A stretch of 58,085 bases of DNA, filler included, from Sphacelaria rigidula (Eukaryota), in NCBI GenBank assembly GCA_964200075.2. It is 5 parts of 5 records of this genome, joined end to end, with 100 filler letters (N's around TTAATTAATTAA, not from the genome) between each part and the next. Parts side by side here need not be neighbours in the genome. Positions count along the whole stretch, not along the records: positions 23,278 to 34,813 come from CAXNAA020004817.1; positions 34,914 to 46,449 come from CAXNAA020004818.1; 3 more parts are not named here. The stretch is one strand, 5' to 3'. The position numbers were made by a program, and so were the translations under genes. This document shows, one piece after another, positions 23,346 to 35,905 of the stretch (positions within the stretch are counted from its first letter, which is position 1; every line of letters begins with the position of its first letter). Under the pieces are notes generated by a model. That model had not been told where the DNA came from. It saw nothing but the letters and a program-made list of their open reading frames with translations, and did not search any database.

Positions 23346-25919
23346 AAACAGTTCGGGGGGAAGCAATTTCGGAGGCGAAGCATGTTGAAGGGGAAAAAAA
23401 GTCCACGACACTGATTTCGAAACTGAACCGCTCATTAGTTTCCATTTCAGGCTTCTGAATGTCACTACGAGAGAATGCTGCACATGGCACCACTTCTCTT
23501 CAAAACATGAACACACGCCCTAAAGGATGGTACCTTAATCGGACGTCCACTGGAACACTGCACGAGCCATGCGATAATGACTTTTTGCAATGCATATTTC
23601 AATTGAAATATTATGTAGAATACACTGTGTCGTTTCCTTTGCCAGTACCACTCGCGTGTGTTTACAGCTACAGTTCGATATCCTACTCAGGGACATCAAG
23701 GGCTTCAGTGGGAAACTACGACAGGAAGCGTACCGGGCCTCGTGAGCGGGGATTTCGGAACTGAATAGATGGATTCATTAAGTAACCTCTACTATCAACC
23801 TCACTGATACATTGTTTACACTGGTACAAGTACATCTTATGAAACATGCGCAGAGACGACCACATATGAGCCAAACGCGGAAAAAGAGCAATTTCTCACC
23901 CTGAATTATGACTCACGAGGTCAAACATACCGTCGTCCGTAGCTCACGACATAATACTTCGAGCTATTGTGCGGTACATACAGGAGTACACGCGATAGGC
24001 GTACAAGTCAGTACACAAAAACACGCTTGCATCCGCGATAACTGCGTTCTCCATCGTGCAGTCAGCATCACTGCATGTCGCCAATGTACCCCAAACGCGA
24101 AATAGAACTTCGAACAAAAGTTGGACTCGATCGTGGTGTGCAATGCAGCCGCTTAGCTCGGTCAAAAAGGGAAAAGACGACCGACCTCTCGAAAAAAGCT
24201 CCAACACATCTCTCACTTGACACCCTCTTTTACTCCGGCATTTTAATCCGGCATTTACCCTTGACAACAAAACAAAATACAACTAAATTCGGTACCTCAA
24301 TATCTATACTGACAGTACTCCGGACGTCCACCGCATACGAAAATACGACGTCACATTAACACTACTGATGGTAACGATGACAGTATCACCAGTTTGAAGA
24401 ACAATGCTGACAAAAACGTTTTCGATAAACACGAAGAAAAACACTCCGCTAGGATCTACTTTTTCTATCACATTTCCCAGATTCTACTTCTCATGTTTTG
24501 GGCAACAGACGCACAGGCGCCGCCTACAAGCAAGACGATTTAACACCGGAAAAGACCGTCACCGATGCAGTGTAACTCCTACTCATCATCCACCTTTCGC
24601 GTCGAATCAACATTGCCGAATCGCACACGCAGCGCCAGCCAGGTGAACAACCTTTATATTCTGTACAAAGCAACCTCCGTGCAAAACCAGAACGACCGCC
24701 ACCCCATAGTGCCTACACACCCATCCTCACGAAACTTAAAGGGAAACACTCGTGACCTAAAGTTAACACCCATTGCGACCACAAATACGTACAGCACCCG
24801 AACGCCTATACATTCAACCAAAACTGAACAACACAAAAGCGCACATCAAAGTACAAGAATCACCCTTGTTTTTTTTCATTTTTCCAACATTATTTTTCAT
24901 TAAACAAAATAGCACTAAGGTGGACGGGATAAATGCGTAGTCCTACTGGTCTGCTAAAATCCACCTTCGTTTCAAAAAATGCAAGGCATTCACCGAAACG
25001 CACACATGCTTTACAACCACACTATTACCGGAGACGAAGGCTCCACATGTGGACATACACGTTCAGATGATACGTCTCGAGTCATGTACATCTATTATGT
25101 CACAAACGGCCCCCGACTGCACGACGTGAGAAATGTGCACACTCTCACAAGGAGGAGAAAAGGGGGAACTTACTGTGTGCTTCAGTATACACAGACACCC
25201 GACTGCTGCATACACGAAAGCAACAGGGGAACACCATAAGGGGAAAACATACATCGACGTGATTTTTCGAAACACACACACTGAGGCGGAATCTTTTCTG
25301 CCTTGACAAACCTTGCCACACTCCACTCTGTTCACTTATCAACGCGTGCTCTACTTTCTGGCACTTGACTGCAGCATATACATACCGAGTGCTCGGAGGT
25401 ACGCGTCACAAACCAAGGTACGCCATCCTTTGCCGGCCCAGATCGCGTCACAAAGTCGCAAAAATCACCCAGCCGTAACGCAAACATGCTCATACAACAA
25501 CTCTCGCATCCATGGCCAAGACCATGCCAGCCAAAGCCGTCTTGTGCAATATTTTGCATCTACAGATACTGTACACCACTTTGTGTCCAGACAGTCTTGG
25601 CTGGTACCGTAATCTCGAGATACAACATCATGGGGGGAAAACAATTTTGGCCTGCATGGTCCAGACCACGAACAGACACCCTACAAGCACTCACGTTCAA
25701 GACCATCATGGTTGGCATGGCGTTGGCAATAGACATGACGGTTTTACACGAGAGAACCTTCGTTCGTGCCACTGAAAACTACCTTCTATGGGTAATAGCA
25801 GGTCAGCCAAGTCTTTCTTGGAACCAACCGCCGTACTTGTGCTTTATGTACGGCGAACATCATGCGACCAAACCCATTCCTTGTAAGGAATGGTACACTG
25901 TACTACATACACTAAAACC

Positions 25920-26055
25920 GCACGACACACACCGCACACACACCCTACAACACCACGCCACGCCACGCCACGGCACACCACACCACACACACACACCACA
26001 CCACACCACACCACACCACACCACACCACACCACACCACACCACACCACACACAT
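25920..26055. repeat. (CACCA)n / CA-rich microsatellite
   Basis: Direct reading. It explains the HHTTP low-complexity ORF. Confidence 0.95.
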
Positions 26056-27079
26056 CACGTATGCACCACATCCCATGCCTGGCCGTCATCGGCCGCGCGA
26101 CAGCGACAGGCGTGTGCAAGTAGTGCGCAACTCCGTCTACTACATACTAACACGCACACACCACACGTCATACACAAATATTTCGTGGCATGTCCTCGTC
26201 ATGATTTAGCGTTCACGAGCCGCGGAGAAACAAGCAGAAGATGCCTTAGAGACACCAAAAACAAACTTCACGATGACGAAAGTCTTCGTTCTCACGACGT
26301 TTACACCCAGATGCGAACCAGCACACGCGCCTCCCTCGACAACAATGCTCGACCCTCTCGACATTACATGGTCTTTACTCCAAAGTCCACACCAAGCACA
26401 ATCAGTACTACGCCCGCTAGATCTTACCCTCACGTGCAAGGCAAACGATAAAAACTGGTAACTAAGGTTCACCAGCAGAAAGGCGCGCAGCATCAGCAGC
26501 AGCCCGCAGCGACACCCGCACAGGAACCACTTTCGGGTACCTACTCCTCCGCTCCTCGAGTACCCTGTCCCAGTCTCGACTCGCGGGATTGCGGGTGCGG
26601 GCGGAGACGTTCCTCAACTCGCTCTCCACATCGTCAGGCAGAGCAATGCCGCTGAGTACGTCTTCTTTTGTCGTCCATAGCCCTTCAGTCGTGCACCAGC
26701 GGTGTACGGACTCCAAACATGGGCGCAACGAACTATCCTTTTCGAGGATAGCCGCAAGTATTTTCACGATCTGATTTTGTTGTCGGCGGCGGCGTTTTTC
26801 ATACCGGGGAGAGGGACACAAGGAAGAGTGCAACATGGCATAGATGGGGGCGGGTAAACATTCACGACACAGCGTTTGTTCGGTGTGGGGAGAATGTGTT
26901 GTCGACGCGTGTATACCACCTGCACATGTGTGTGTCATGAATCATGCACATTCATTGCGCCCACCATGACCATTATACACCATCCTGACGGCTTCTGCAC
27001 CTGAGAAATCAGCAACAAGATGCTGGACACCGGGATTAACACACAGCGCCTACAGCAACAAGGACACGACGCACGTCTT

Positions 27080-27390
27080 TTCTTTTTCCGTTACACTTGC
27101 AACCCATGCCCTTCCTCGGGACGAGTCCGTCTCTGTCTCAAGGCATCAACTCATCTATTCCTCGGTATACGCCCTACTTTTTGGCGTTGCGAAGTGGATC
27201 AGTATTCCTGCCTCGCGTCGACCTCCGTGGGATAATCGATACTTGCTACTTCCCACGTCTTCGCGTTATCAACTGCGGGACTCAGATACTAGCCACGAAA
27301 TACCCCAATGCATCTACTGGGATTCGGATCCGCATCATTTCGACCCTAATGGATCTCAGTTGGGTTTTGTACCATTACACCACCGACGTG
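27080..27390 (-). mobile_element. tRNA-derived SINE family B, near full-length
   Basis: Minus strand reads gtcgg-TGGTGTAATGGTA (A box)...GGATCCGAATCCC (B box), body gataacgcgaagacgtgggaag, 3' end cccgaggaagggcatgggttgcaagtg plus an A-rich tail. Diverged copy at ~43090-43390. Confidence 0.75.
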
Positions 27391-29440
27391 CAGCGGCCAT
27401 TGGCAGTGGATATCAGCACGCACGCGACTGCGTCTTAGACAAAACGCGACGCGAATAAACGGGAGTTTCCGAGTGAAGCAGGCTAGCTGCCCATGTAACT
27501 GCCACTTTGGAGTCGTAGGGCATCGATGATCATTAGTGCGAAAACATACAAATATTGGATCTCAGACACGTAACTGTGTGAGCCAAGCACTCTGGACACA
27601 CAAGTCAACCAGACATACAGTATTACGAGCCGGGGCCCGATGGTGTATATTGTAGTACCTTCCGCACACTCCCGCCCGCCCCTACCCCCTCCGATGACGC
27701 ATTTGACCTACCTTCTCTCCGTGCTGGAGCTCCTCCTGGAGAGGGAACCAGCTGCGCGACAAGATTGTTGTCCGGAGCTCGCTGAGTTTGACCTCGAGCA
27801 TTCCGTATTTCTCCTGCACATGGAGACAGTGCCGGCGAAGCAAATTCACATACGGGCGGTGCGGGGCGGGGGACATGTGGTCAAAAATGGTACATTTTAG
27901 AATTTGACCTTCTCTGCTACCGCCACGGACGATGGATGCACTGCGACGGTACAGCACACAGGTAGCGGACACTCATGTGCGGCTCGGCGCTACCGTAGTA
28001 CAGCGGTTGAGACGGTGCCGCCTCCCCTACAGCTACAACGACTGGGCATCAACAATCCAGGCTCGTCGTCTTCTCCCCCCCGCGTCATAGAGAAGGTTTT
28101 ACCTACAATACAAACGGAGGCAGTCCCCCATAAGGTTCTGGAGGAGACCGAACACTCTTTCACAGTGGTTGGGTGTGGGTCAGGAATGCTGCTCAGAGTC
28201 GTTTACCTTCCTGCTTTTGTTTCGTGAGGCATTGCATCCTTCTTCAAATGCTAAGTAGTGGACTAGTAGCCATGAGACTCGAGGTGGACCCGTACCCGAG
28301 CTTAGCGCGAGAGTTGCCCCATCTCGAGAAAGGAGTTCTACGTATAAAATAGCAGCTATGTATTCCCCTTGGCACCCTTCCGGCTATTTTGCGCTATGCA
28401 AGCGAACGAAGGTACACAACACGCCCCAAACCGATGATTCGGAGAAAAATATATATATATATATATCGGAAAACGGGAAAATGGACGTATGAACCATGAC
28501 TCAATTCAGAAAAGTTCAGAAAGCCCAGCACTAAGAGATAGCAGCCGACATGTGCGGCTAGTGCAATGCACGTAGCAAGACTTCAGAGCGAACGGGGGGA
28601 AATCGATGCTCCATGTACAGATAGTGCAACACCATAACATTGCACACGAAGCACATGACAACTGAAGGCTGATCTGTTCATTGCACAGCAATCTCGACAC
28701 ATTCCGTCGGTACCCCACACATCACCCTGTACTTACTGCGCGACACTGGCAAGTAAGACCAGTCCATTCCATCTACCGATTATGCTCCATACTGTCGTCC
28801 GATATCATTTTCGTGGGAAAACTCTAGGCATACTATACGACGGCTGACAGTGTAACAAGAACCTGTCGTACAAACTCGACAAAGCGCTTGGCTCACTCGT
28901 GTTCACTCACTTTAATGCAATTATACCATATACTATAGACGCATCATCTCTTCACGTGTCCAACGACTACGACTATGGGTCGCGGAGCTCGAAGTGGTTG
29001 AAGTGATCGTCGTTGTTTTCAGCATTTAGTCGTAGGATTTCACATTGGTCGTTGCCATTTCCCGGGTATCGTCTTAAAAGTCGGAAATCACGCCTGGAGA
29101 GTTGTTGGTCGTTTGGAAAATTCACCCAAAAAATAACATCTCATCTTACATCCTGTCATTGAGAGCGTCTCGAAACTGTACACTACTCGAACCTTTATCC
29201 GGAATTCGCATCCCTCACAGGAGAGAACAGCAGAAAAATGGGTATACATGTTATATCACGGTTTCCAAAGGTCCAGTCGGGTGAATGCAGGCACCTATCG
29301 CTGCGTGAGAGAGAAAAAACCACCTTGCAGTACTCCACCCACCGTGTGCGTGCGGTACCTCCCCGCTCGTCGCGTAACACTACTATCGATTTCTCAGTCT
29401 GCCGATACGAGCTCTACACGAGACTGCTGTTTTTTCTTCA

Positions 29441-30031
29441 GGGGGGGTGGGGTGGTGTGCTTATGATCTTGCATGCCGTAGTCATAAGACCATTGACTTC
29501 GCATCTCTACAAAACGGGAATGGAGCATGCCGAGTTTTCGCCGGACTAGACTCGCAATCAATCACCGAGCGCGAAGCGCCGTCATGTGTTCGGCGAATCG
29601 CATAAAGGGTGAGCTGCATCCTGCTAAGCCTGTTCGGCCCGAAGCGTACCAAGCATCCTGCATATGGAGGGCAGCCTCGAATGAGGTGTTTTGTTTTTTT
29701 CTAGAATCGCCGCAACCACAGATAGCCACGGGTTCCACACTGCTTCATGGGTCTCACTATTTGAACACTGCGTGGTACGAGCATCCCCTTTGCGCGGAGT
29801 TCAGGTTCTGCCTCATGCATGGGTGTCTCACTATTTGAACACTGCGTAGTACGATCATCGCCTTCGCGCGGAGTTCAGGCTCCCCACCCCGCACAACATG
29901 ATCTAACTCGACCACTATCATGGCTACCGCAAAAAAAAAGCAAGCGACAGAATACGGTAACCTGGTTGCCTAGCCTACGCAGTGAGTGATGTGTTTCAAA
30001 GCGTCGTTGCCAACTGATGCCAAATCTCAAA
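29441..30031 (-). mobile_element. C-tailed non-autonomous retroposon (family C), full-length with an internal ~70-bp duplication
   Basis: Homologous to 41365-41797, 43527-43992, 45640-45970, 46550-46623, 34914-34962 and 57976-58085. Its 3' end is homologous to the LINE 3' end. G-rich flanks on both sides. Confidence 0.8.
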
Positions 30032-30061
30032 CTAGAGGAGGAGGGAGAGGGTGGGGAGTAA

Positions 30062-30320
30062 GTTTATACTAGCAACTAAAGAACTGGCTGTGTTTTTTCA
30101 TGTTGTTTTCGGCATCGCTTCATTGACCGACTTCACGTGTAGACCCTCCTATACAACTGGGAGCCTCCCGCTGCCGTGGAGGTGTCTCACATCGCGAAGG
30201 CAAATGACGAGCAACTAGATATTGGCTCATCGCTCTAGGAGATGAGGGCGAAGTCTCGCCACCATCCGCGAGATCCAGGATATTTTTATCCACTTCGACG
30301 CGGATTATCATCTTTTAGAA
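30062..30320 (+). pseudogene. Inverted, truncated paralogous copy of kinase insert exon 31276-31740
   Basis: HRFIDRLHV*TLLYNWEPPAAVEVSHIAKANDEQL versus HRFIDRRHVQSLLENWEPPAAVEAFKISKQNDELL. Confidence 0.8.
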
Positions 30321-30324
30321 TCTT

Positions 30325-30595
30325 TCAGGGCGATGAGCCAATCTTTTAGCTGCTCGTCATTCGCCTTCGCGATGTGAAACACCTCCACGGCAGCGAGAGG
30401 CTCCCATTTGTGGAGGAGGGTCTGCATGGTATATCAGTCGATGAAGCCACCCCTCCCTTCCCCCCCCCCGACCCCAACGAAAAATGAATACCCAACAAGC
30501 GGTTCTTCAGGTGCAAGTGTGAGCTATCTTCCCCTCCGGAGAAGAACAACAGTCTTATTTAGAGCTCGTGACGGGGAGCGGGACAGCCTACTGTA
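30325..30595 (-). pseudogene. Second truncated paralogous copy of the same exon, with its upstream intron flank
   Basis: ...MQTLLHKWEPLAAVEVFHIAKANDEQLKDWLIAL. Intron flank 30595-30700 resembles 31745-31865. Confidence 0.8.
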
Positions 30596-31394
30596 GGATT
30601 ACGCGAAAAACGGGGGGAGGGGGGGGGGGGCACAGCGCACAATCAACGCGCGGAAGTCCAAGGTCTTGCTTTATCTCGCAGCAATGGATGCTTGTATCTA
30701 CCCCGTTGTGGTTGTAGTTGTAGTCTTCACATAAAAACCGTTCCGATGTTTGCACAGTGCCTTCGAACATCTGTTCTGGTCCATCTGATGCGAACGCCAT
30801 CCGTGGTCACACGCTCACCACTCACAAATGAGGTCTACGGAAATCAAAGGGAAAAAATAAGATAGGACCCAGGCAAATTCACACAGACGCGGTGCAAGAA
30901 AAGAGACGATGACCCCGGAAAATCCGTTTCTGCGCGGGGGTGGAACTTCTAGACGGAACGCCCTAGCACGATTGTGGGACGCTCTCGACAAGAGGAAGCC
31001 CGGGCAGCTCCTGTGTCCTACCGAGTACGAATTTCCGATCAAAATAAGGCTGACGCCATTCCGTGTATAGCCATAATCCGTCAAATTTTCACTCCCCAGC
31101 GAGTAAAATAGTATATCACAGCAGTACATGTTGGATTTGCCTGCAGCAGAGGTAGCTTCCAGGCATGTCAACTATCATCTTGCCAGTCGGGTCGTGCACA
31201 ACGCCTTCAAAGTTACGCACGCTCCGACCGTGTATTTGCTTCATTCTCACATGCGGGGAAAACACAAGAACTCACCAGAATATCGCGGCGAGTTTGGATG
31301 GCCTCGTCCGACAGCTCATCCACACGACTTTCCAAATCGCTGGGGTCGGTGTCCGCGAGAAGGTCACGGATCTCGCTTATGGAGGCCGGAGAGT

Positions 31395-31503
31395 CATCGT
31401 CATCCTCGTCTTCGTCTTCATCCTCGTCTCCGTCTTCATCCTCGTCTTCGTCTTCATCCTCGTCTTCGTCTTCATCCTCGTCTTCGTCTTCGTCCTCGAG
31501 GAC
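31395..31503 (-). repeat. (GACGAAGACGAGGATGAA)n-type coding repeat giving a poly-Asp/Glu tract
   Basis: Direct reading; translates as EDEDEDED... within the exon. Confidence 0.9.
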
Positions 31504-34500
31504 GATGAGCCAGTCTCTCAACAGCTCGTCGTTTTGCTTTGAAATTTTGAAAGCCTCCACGGCAGCGGGAGGCTCCCAGTTTTCCAGGAGGCTCTGCACG
31601 TGGCGTCGGTCAATAAAGCGATGCCCAAAACAATAACAAAAAAATCAAGAGACGGTTCTTTACTTGCAAGTTTGAAGTTACTTCTTACCCCGGATAAAAC
31701 AGCAGCCTTGTTTAGAGCTCGTATTGGGAGACTGAGCAATCTACAGTAGGGTTGCGCGGAAAGCGGCGGTGGCGGCCGCGGCGGGAGAGGTACCGTACAT
31801 ACAAGGTGCGGTTCGAGTAGTGCAAGGTGCTTTTCTCTGTCACAGCGATAGGTGCTTGTGTCTAGACGGTTATGTCTTTAAAAACCGCCATATATGATAC
31901 ACATTCTCCCCTTGTCTCTTTCTGCAGGTGGGATAATGGGGGTGTAAATTCCGGAGTAGACGTTCAAGTAAAGTTGTGCGACGCTTCCAATGAGAGGAAG
32001 CACGGACAGACGTTGATGTTTTTGGACGAACGTTCAACAAAGAAAAGGCTGACGCAATTTCCATGTTTTTGTCATACTCCATGCTGTTTTCCTATCTAGT
32101 AGAGGCCTAATCAGCGAGTGAAATTGGTGAGTACGGTACCAGCTATAGCGGTATCAACCAAGTATATGTGTCTACACAGTCGTGAGTACGAGGGTGTCAC
32201 CGGCCTCAAACTGGACCTGCTTAACCGTTTGACGGCGCGTCGTTATTTTGAGGCCGTATTCTGCGGTTATATCATCAATGCTGAAAAAACGCAGCCCAAT
32301 GAAATTGATTTTTCGTAAAATATGAACATGGTAGCCGTTCAGCCGGTTGACTTCCAGCTGAAAGCGTTTCTTGTTACCTCTTCGGCCACAACTTATCACG
32401 GTGAGCGCGCTAAATACCAAAAATTCTTGCTAGAGTATTATATTAGTACGCACAACAAATCCCATAAGCAAGAACATTCATGTGATGAATTTGAAGCAGC
32501 TGATGGACTGACCGACCGTCGGGGGTCCTCCGAGTAGATACCCCCAGGTTTTGGCTTCTTCAACTTCAGCTTTAGCATCACCACCAAACGGTGTCTCGAT
32601 GCTCTTCAAATTACCTAGAGCTAGCTCTGCTACGAAACAAAAGGCCGGCCTAACAATGTTTTTCGCCTGTTCTCAGCAACTCCGACTGTACTCACGTCCA
32701 CATCTGTGGCGGGGTCTGTCGTGACCCCAAGTACTTGCTGCAGAAGCATGCCGATGGCCCACACGTCCATCGAGGGCTGTAGCATGGCGCCAACGTACTC
32801 GCACTCCGGCGGCGCGTACTCCCTGGTTCCCCCGCACACCGTGCTCACTCCCACCTCTGTTTTTGTTGTTTATTGTTGGAAATCCCACGGAACGTACGAG
32901 AGTTATACTGTATGGTATTTACCATTTGAGACATTGTGTCCCACGTCAATCTCGTCTCCAGGATACTTTGTTTTTCTTACTGTACATAGCACCCCCTTGG
33001 TGCTTCTCCCGAACATGCTTCCAATATTTGCTCAATAGTGCGAAACACATCAACTCGTCGCGAGATGTGTGTAGGGAAACAAACCAAAAACAGTAGCGAA
33101 AATGCAATTTGTGCTGCAACGTGTGAAAAAGTCTTCTCGTTGTGTGAGCGGCGAAGCAACCGTGGTCCATCTCCTCCACAGCGGGTGGCACTCTCCTGCC
33201 ACAAACACTCAAGCCCCGCACCGCTACCGCTCACTGCTACGGGGGGGATGTATTTCCAATACGCGGAACGCCACAGAGGCTAATCTCGTTACCACAACAG
33301 TACGAGGAACAACAACAGCGATACAACGCTCACCATGCGTAACAACAAATGATAGGACTTGCTGCATGGGGGCTTCGTAACAGCAATGATGAACGCAGTA
33401 CGGACGCTACGAGCACAGCAACAGTACTAACCTCAGCGGTACTACTCACAGAAATCACATCATTGTTGTTACTGTTGTGATGATTATATCATTAATGGAA
33501 ACCTAAGATAAAATTGAACTTCGAAATTCGATAAAAATATGAGAATGTGCGGGGCAAACGAGGAAAACATACACAATAATAAATTACTTCGTATACTAAT
33601 GATGATGATATAAGCAGCAGCAGCAACAACAGTTACTCACGTCCAGCCAGACCAAGGTCGCCGATCTTGAAAATCATGTCACCCGGGGCGTCCGACGCGC
33701 GAGCNNNNNNNNNNGTGTAGAGACCTGACGCCGCTCACGGCGCCGGCGAACAGTCTGACGGTGGCATGTCAGAAAAAACAAACGTTGCAGACACAAACAA
33801 CCGAGGATGGCTCATGTGGTTGTTGAAAAGTACACGAGTGCAGCTCACACATCTCAAGACGAGCACTCTACATCCTCGCTCATGCAAGGCCATCATGCAC
33901 CTCATTAACTATCGCTGGTGCTGCTATATGTGCACCGGATAACAACGCGCCGCAAAAGAGGTGGGAAATACATCTATTGTAACAGTGCGAAAAATTAAAA
34001 TTAAATGATCCATCCAGACCACGATCCACCTCGTTTGACAAACTCTAGGGCTGAGCTGTGAGGATCAGCACGGCGTGCGGTACACCTCTTCTATTTCCTC
34101 CGTGTTTTGGATATCAGCATTGGCCCGCATGATTCCACGGCAGGACGCCACGAGGCAGCAACACTCACAGAATTTGACATTTGCAGACCTCCGGACCATA
34201 CGGGTAGACTACCTGAGAAGCGGTAATGTGTACCACTCCCACATCAGAAGCCACCGCATGAAAAATTGACCCTTTGGACACCCAAGTTTGTTCATTCCAG
34301 GACTAAGTAAAGCATGTTTTGGGAACATGTCCACGAACGGCATCTGTGGTCACCTATACATTTAGCACCTCTGTTTCCGGTCTGTCGATCACGTACGTAG
34401 CACATGAGGCTTTGGTTGTGGTGGCAAGTCGCTGACTGCTGTCCTCGAGTCAGCGCACTAAATACAAGCGGAAAGAGAGATTGTTGGAAAAGATGGCAAA

Positions 34501-34813
34501 CGTATCCAGTGTCAAGTATGCCACATGCCCTGTGCAGCATACGTATACCAGACATCAAAATGTTGCTGGGCTCTTGATTTCTATATCGAAAACTGAGCAA
34601 AAATACAGTGAAGAGAGTACGTCCCGCTTCAAGCGTGGTAGTGCTATCGAACAATAGCACATAGTGCACCAGCAGTCTTCGGCTGTAGGACGACCAAAAT
34701 TTGCCTGCACACTCTGATAGCCATCAACCCCCCCCCCCCCCCCCCCCCCCCTTTTGGGAAGAGCAGCGTTTTCAAGAGTAGGGGGCGGGAGACGCGCCGA
34801 GCACTTGCGCTGG

Positions 34814-34913
34814 NNNNNNNNNNNNNNNNNNNNNNNNNNNNNNNNNNNNNNNNNNNNTTAATTAATTAANNNNNNNNNNNNNNNNNNNNNNNNNNNNNNN
34901 NNNNNNNNNNNNN
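34814..34913. other. Artificial scaffold spacer
   Basis: N44-TTAATTAATTAA-N44. Confidence 0.99.
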
Positions 34914-35420
34914 GTAGTGAGTGGCGTGTTTTATAGCGTCATCGCCAACCGACGCCAACCTCATCGGGGGTCCGGGGGGGGTACTCTCGCAGCATCACTC
35001 CCCGGTTCTCTTCAGTTGACGAGATATTGAATTTAGAACGACGGACGAGATTTTTCGGTGGCGGGGCCGCCGCAATTCACCAGGGTACCAAACGATGAAA
35101 ACGTTATCGGTAGGAGGCGGGGGGGGAGGCCGTGATATGTGTAATCCGCACCCATGGGGTGTATTTGTGTGTGTGTCTTCATTGGAAGAGACATGCAGGG
35201 AATGATGTTTGTTGGTGATTTTCCAAAAACGCTCCACACGTCGATTGATCTGGACAGCACGACCAACGGTTATCGCACTGGTTCTTCGAAGCACGACTTA
35301 CGACAAACGGGACACTCTCGGTAGAACAGCATAAACGATGAGCAACAACATTGTGCACGCACCACGGCGATGAGCGAAACAAAGATAGGTACAGTGTGGT
35401 TGGTACAGTATAATCAATAC

Positions 35421-35489
35421 CTTGATTTTACCGAACACCAGCTTGTCCCACATTGTGTGGTTCAGACGGCCCTCGTGCAGCCCTTTGAC
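35421..35489 (-). CDS. Long-chain acyl-CoA synthetase (LACS/ACSL family), internal exon
   Basis: ttttcttag|VKGLHEGRLNHTMWDKLVFGKIK|gtattg. Contains the WDxLVFxKIK motif. Phase 0-0. Confidence 0.88.
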
Positions 35490-35569
35490 CTAAGAAAACA
35501 GCAAACGCACACCAACAAACAGGACAGGGATGGGAGGAGAGGGAAGGGACGTACCAAATGAATTAGTGC

Positions 35570-35905
35570 TAGGTAATCGAGTAAGTGTATTCAAGTGGTG
35601 AAATTGATTGATATGTTGATTGATATGTTGATTGATTGATTAGAACAGTAGTCGCCGTTGTTACGGTTCTTTGAGCAGATGGATCTTTGGAATAATGTTT
35701 TGCACAACAGGTGCAGGGCATTACATGTTGCATGATTGATCCGTTCAAAAGCCACACGCACTAATTCACTTCATCTTTGTTCATACAAACCTTCCACGCC
35801 TCTTCTGCATCTTAGAGGCTTGTGTTTGGACTTGTGCCCGAAGCCATTCCTCTTGCATCGCACCGACATTGATGCATGGCTTACAGTGTAACCTACGGTC
35901 TGAGC
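35570..35905. repeat. ~300-bp diverged direct repeat (partner 38665-38950) inside the LACS intron
   Basis: Shared core gatggatctt(t/c)ggaataatgttttgcacaacaggtgcagg...acatgttgcatg. Confidence 0.85.

Larger units (their letters stand above)
26428..34580 (-). pseudogene. Multi-exon Ser/Thr protein kinase pseudogene (subdomain VIb to C-terminal extension)
   Basis: Exons: 34549-34580 (EIK[+2 nt]PSNILMS, VIb); 33641-~33750 (MIFKIGDLGLAG, VII; contains an N gap); 32696-32856 (GGTREYAPPE...SMDVWAIGMLL, VIII-IX); 32517-32614 (in-frame TGA); 31276-31740 (frameshift in a T-run, poly-DE); 27712-27813; 26428-26770 (ILAAILEKDSSLRPCLESV, XI). GT-AG borders and phases chain correctly from 33641 downward. 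Confidence 0.75.

Noticed and set aside
25486-26451. 321-aa His/Thr/Pro-rich ORF
   Set aside because: Length is inflated by the (CACCA)n microsatellite, it is antisense to kinase exons, and it has no domain.
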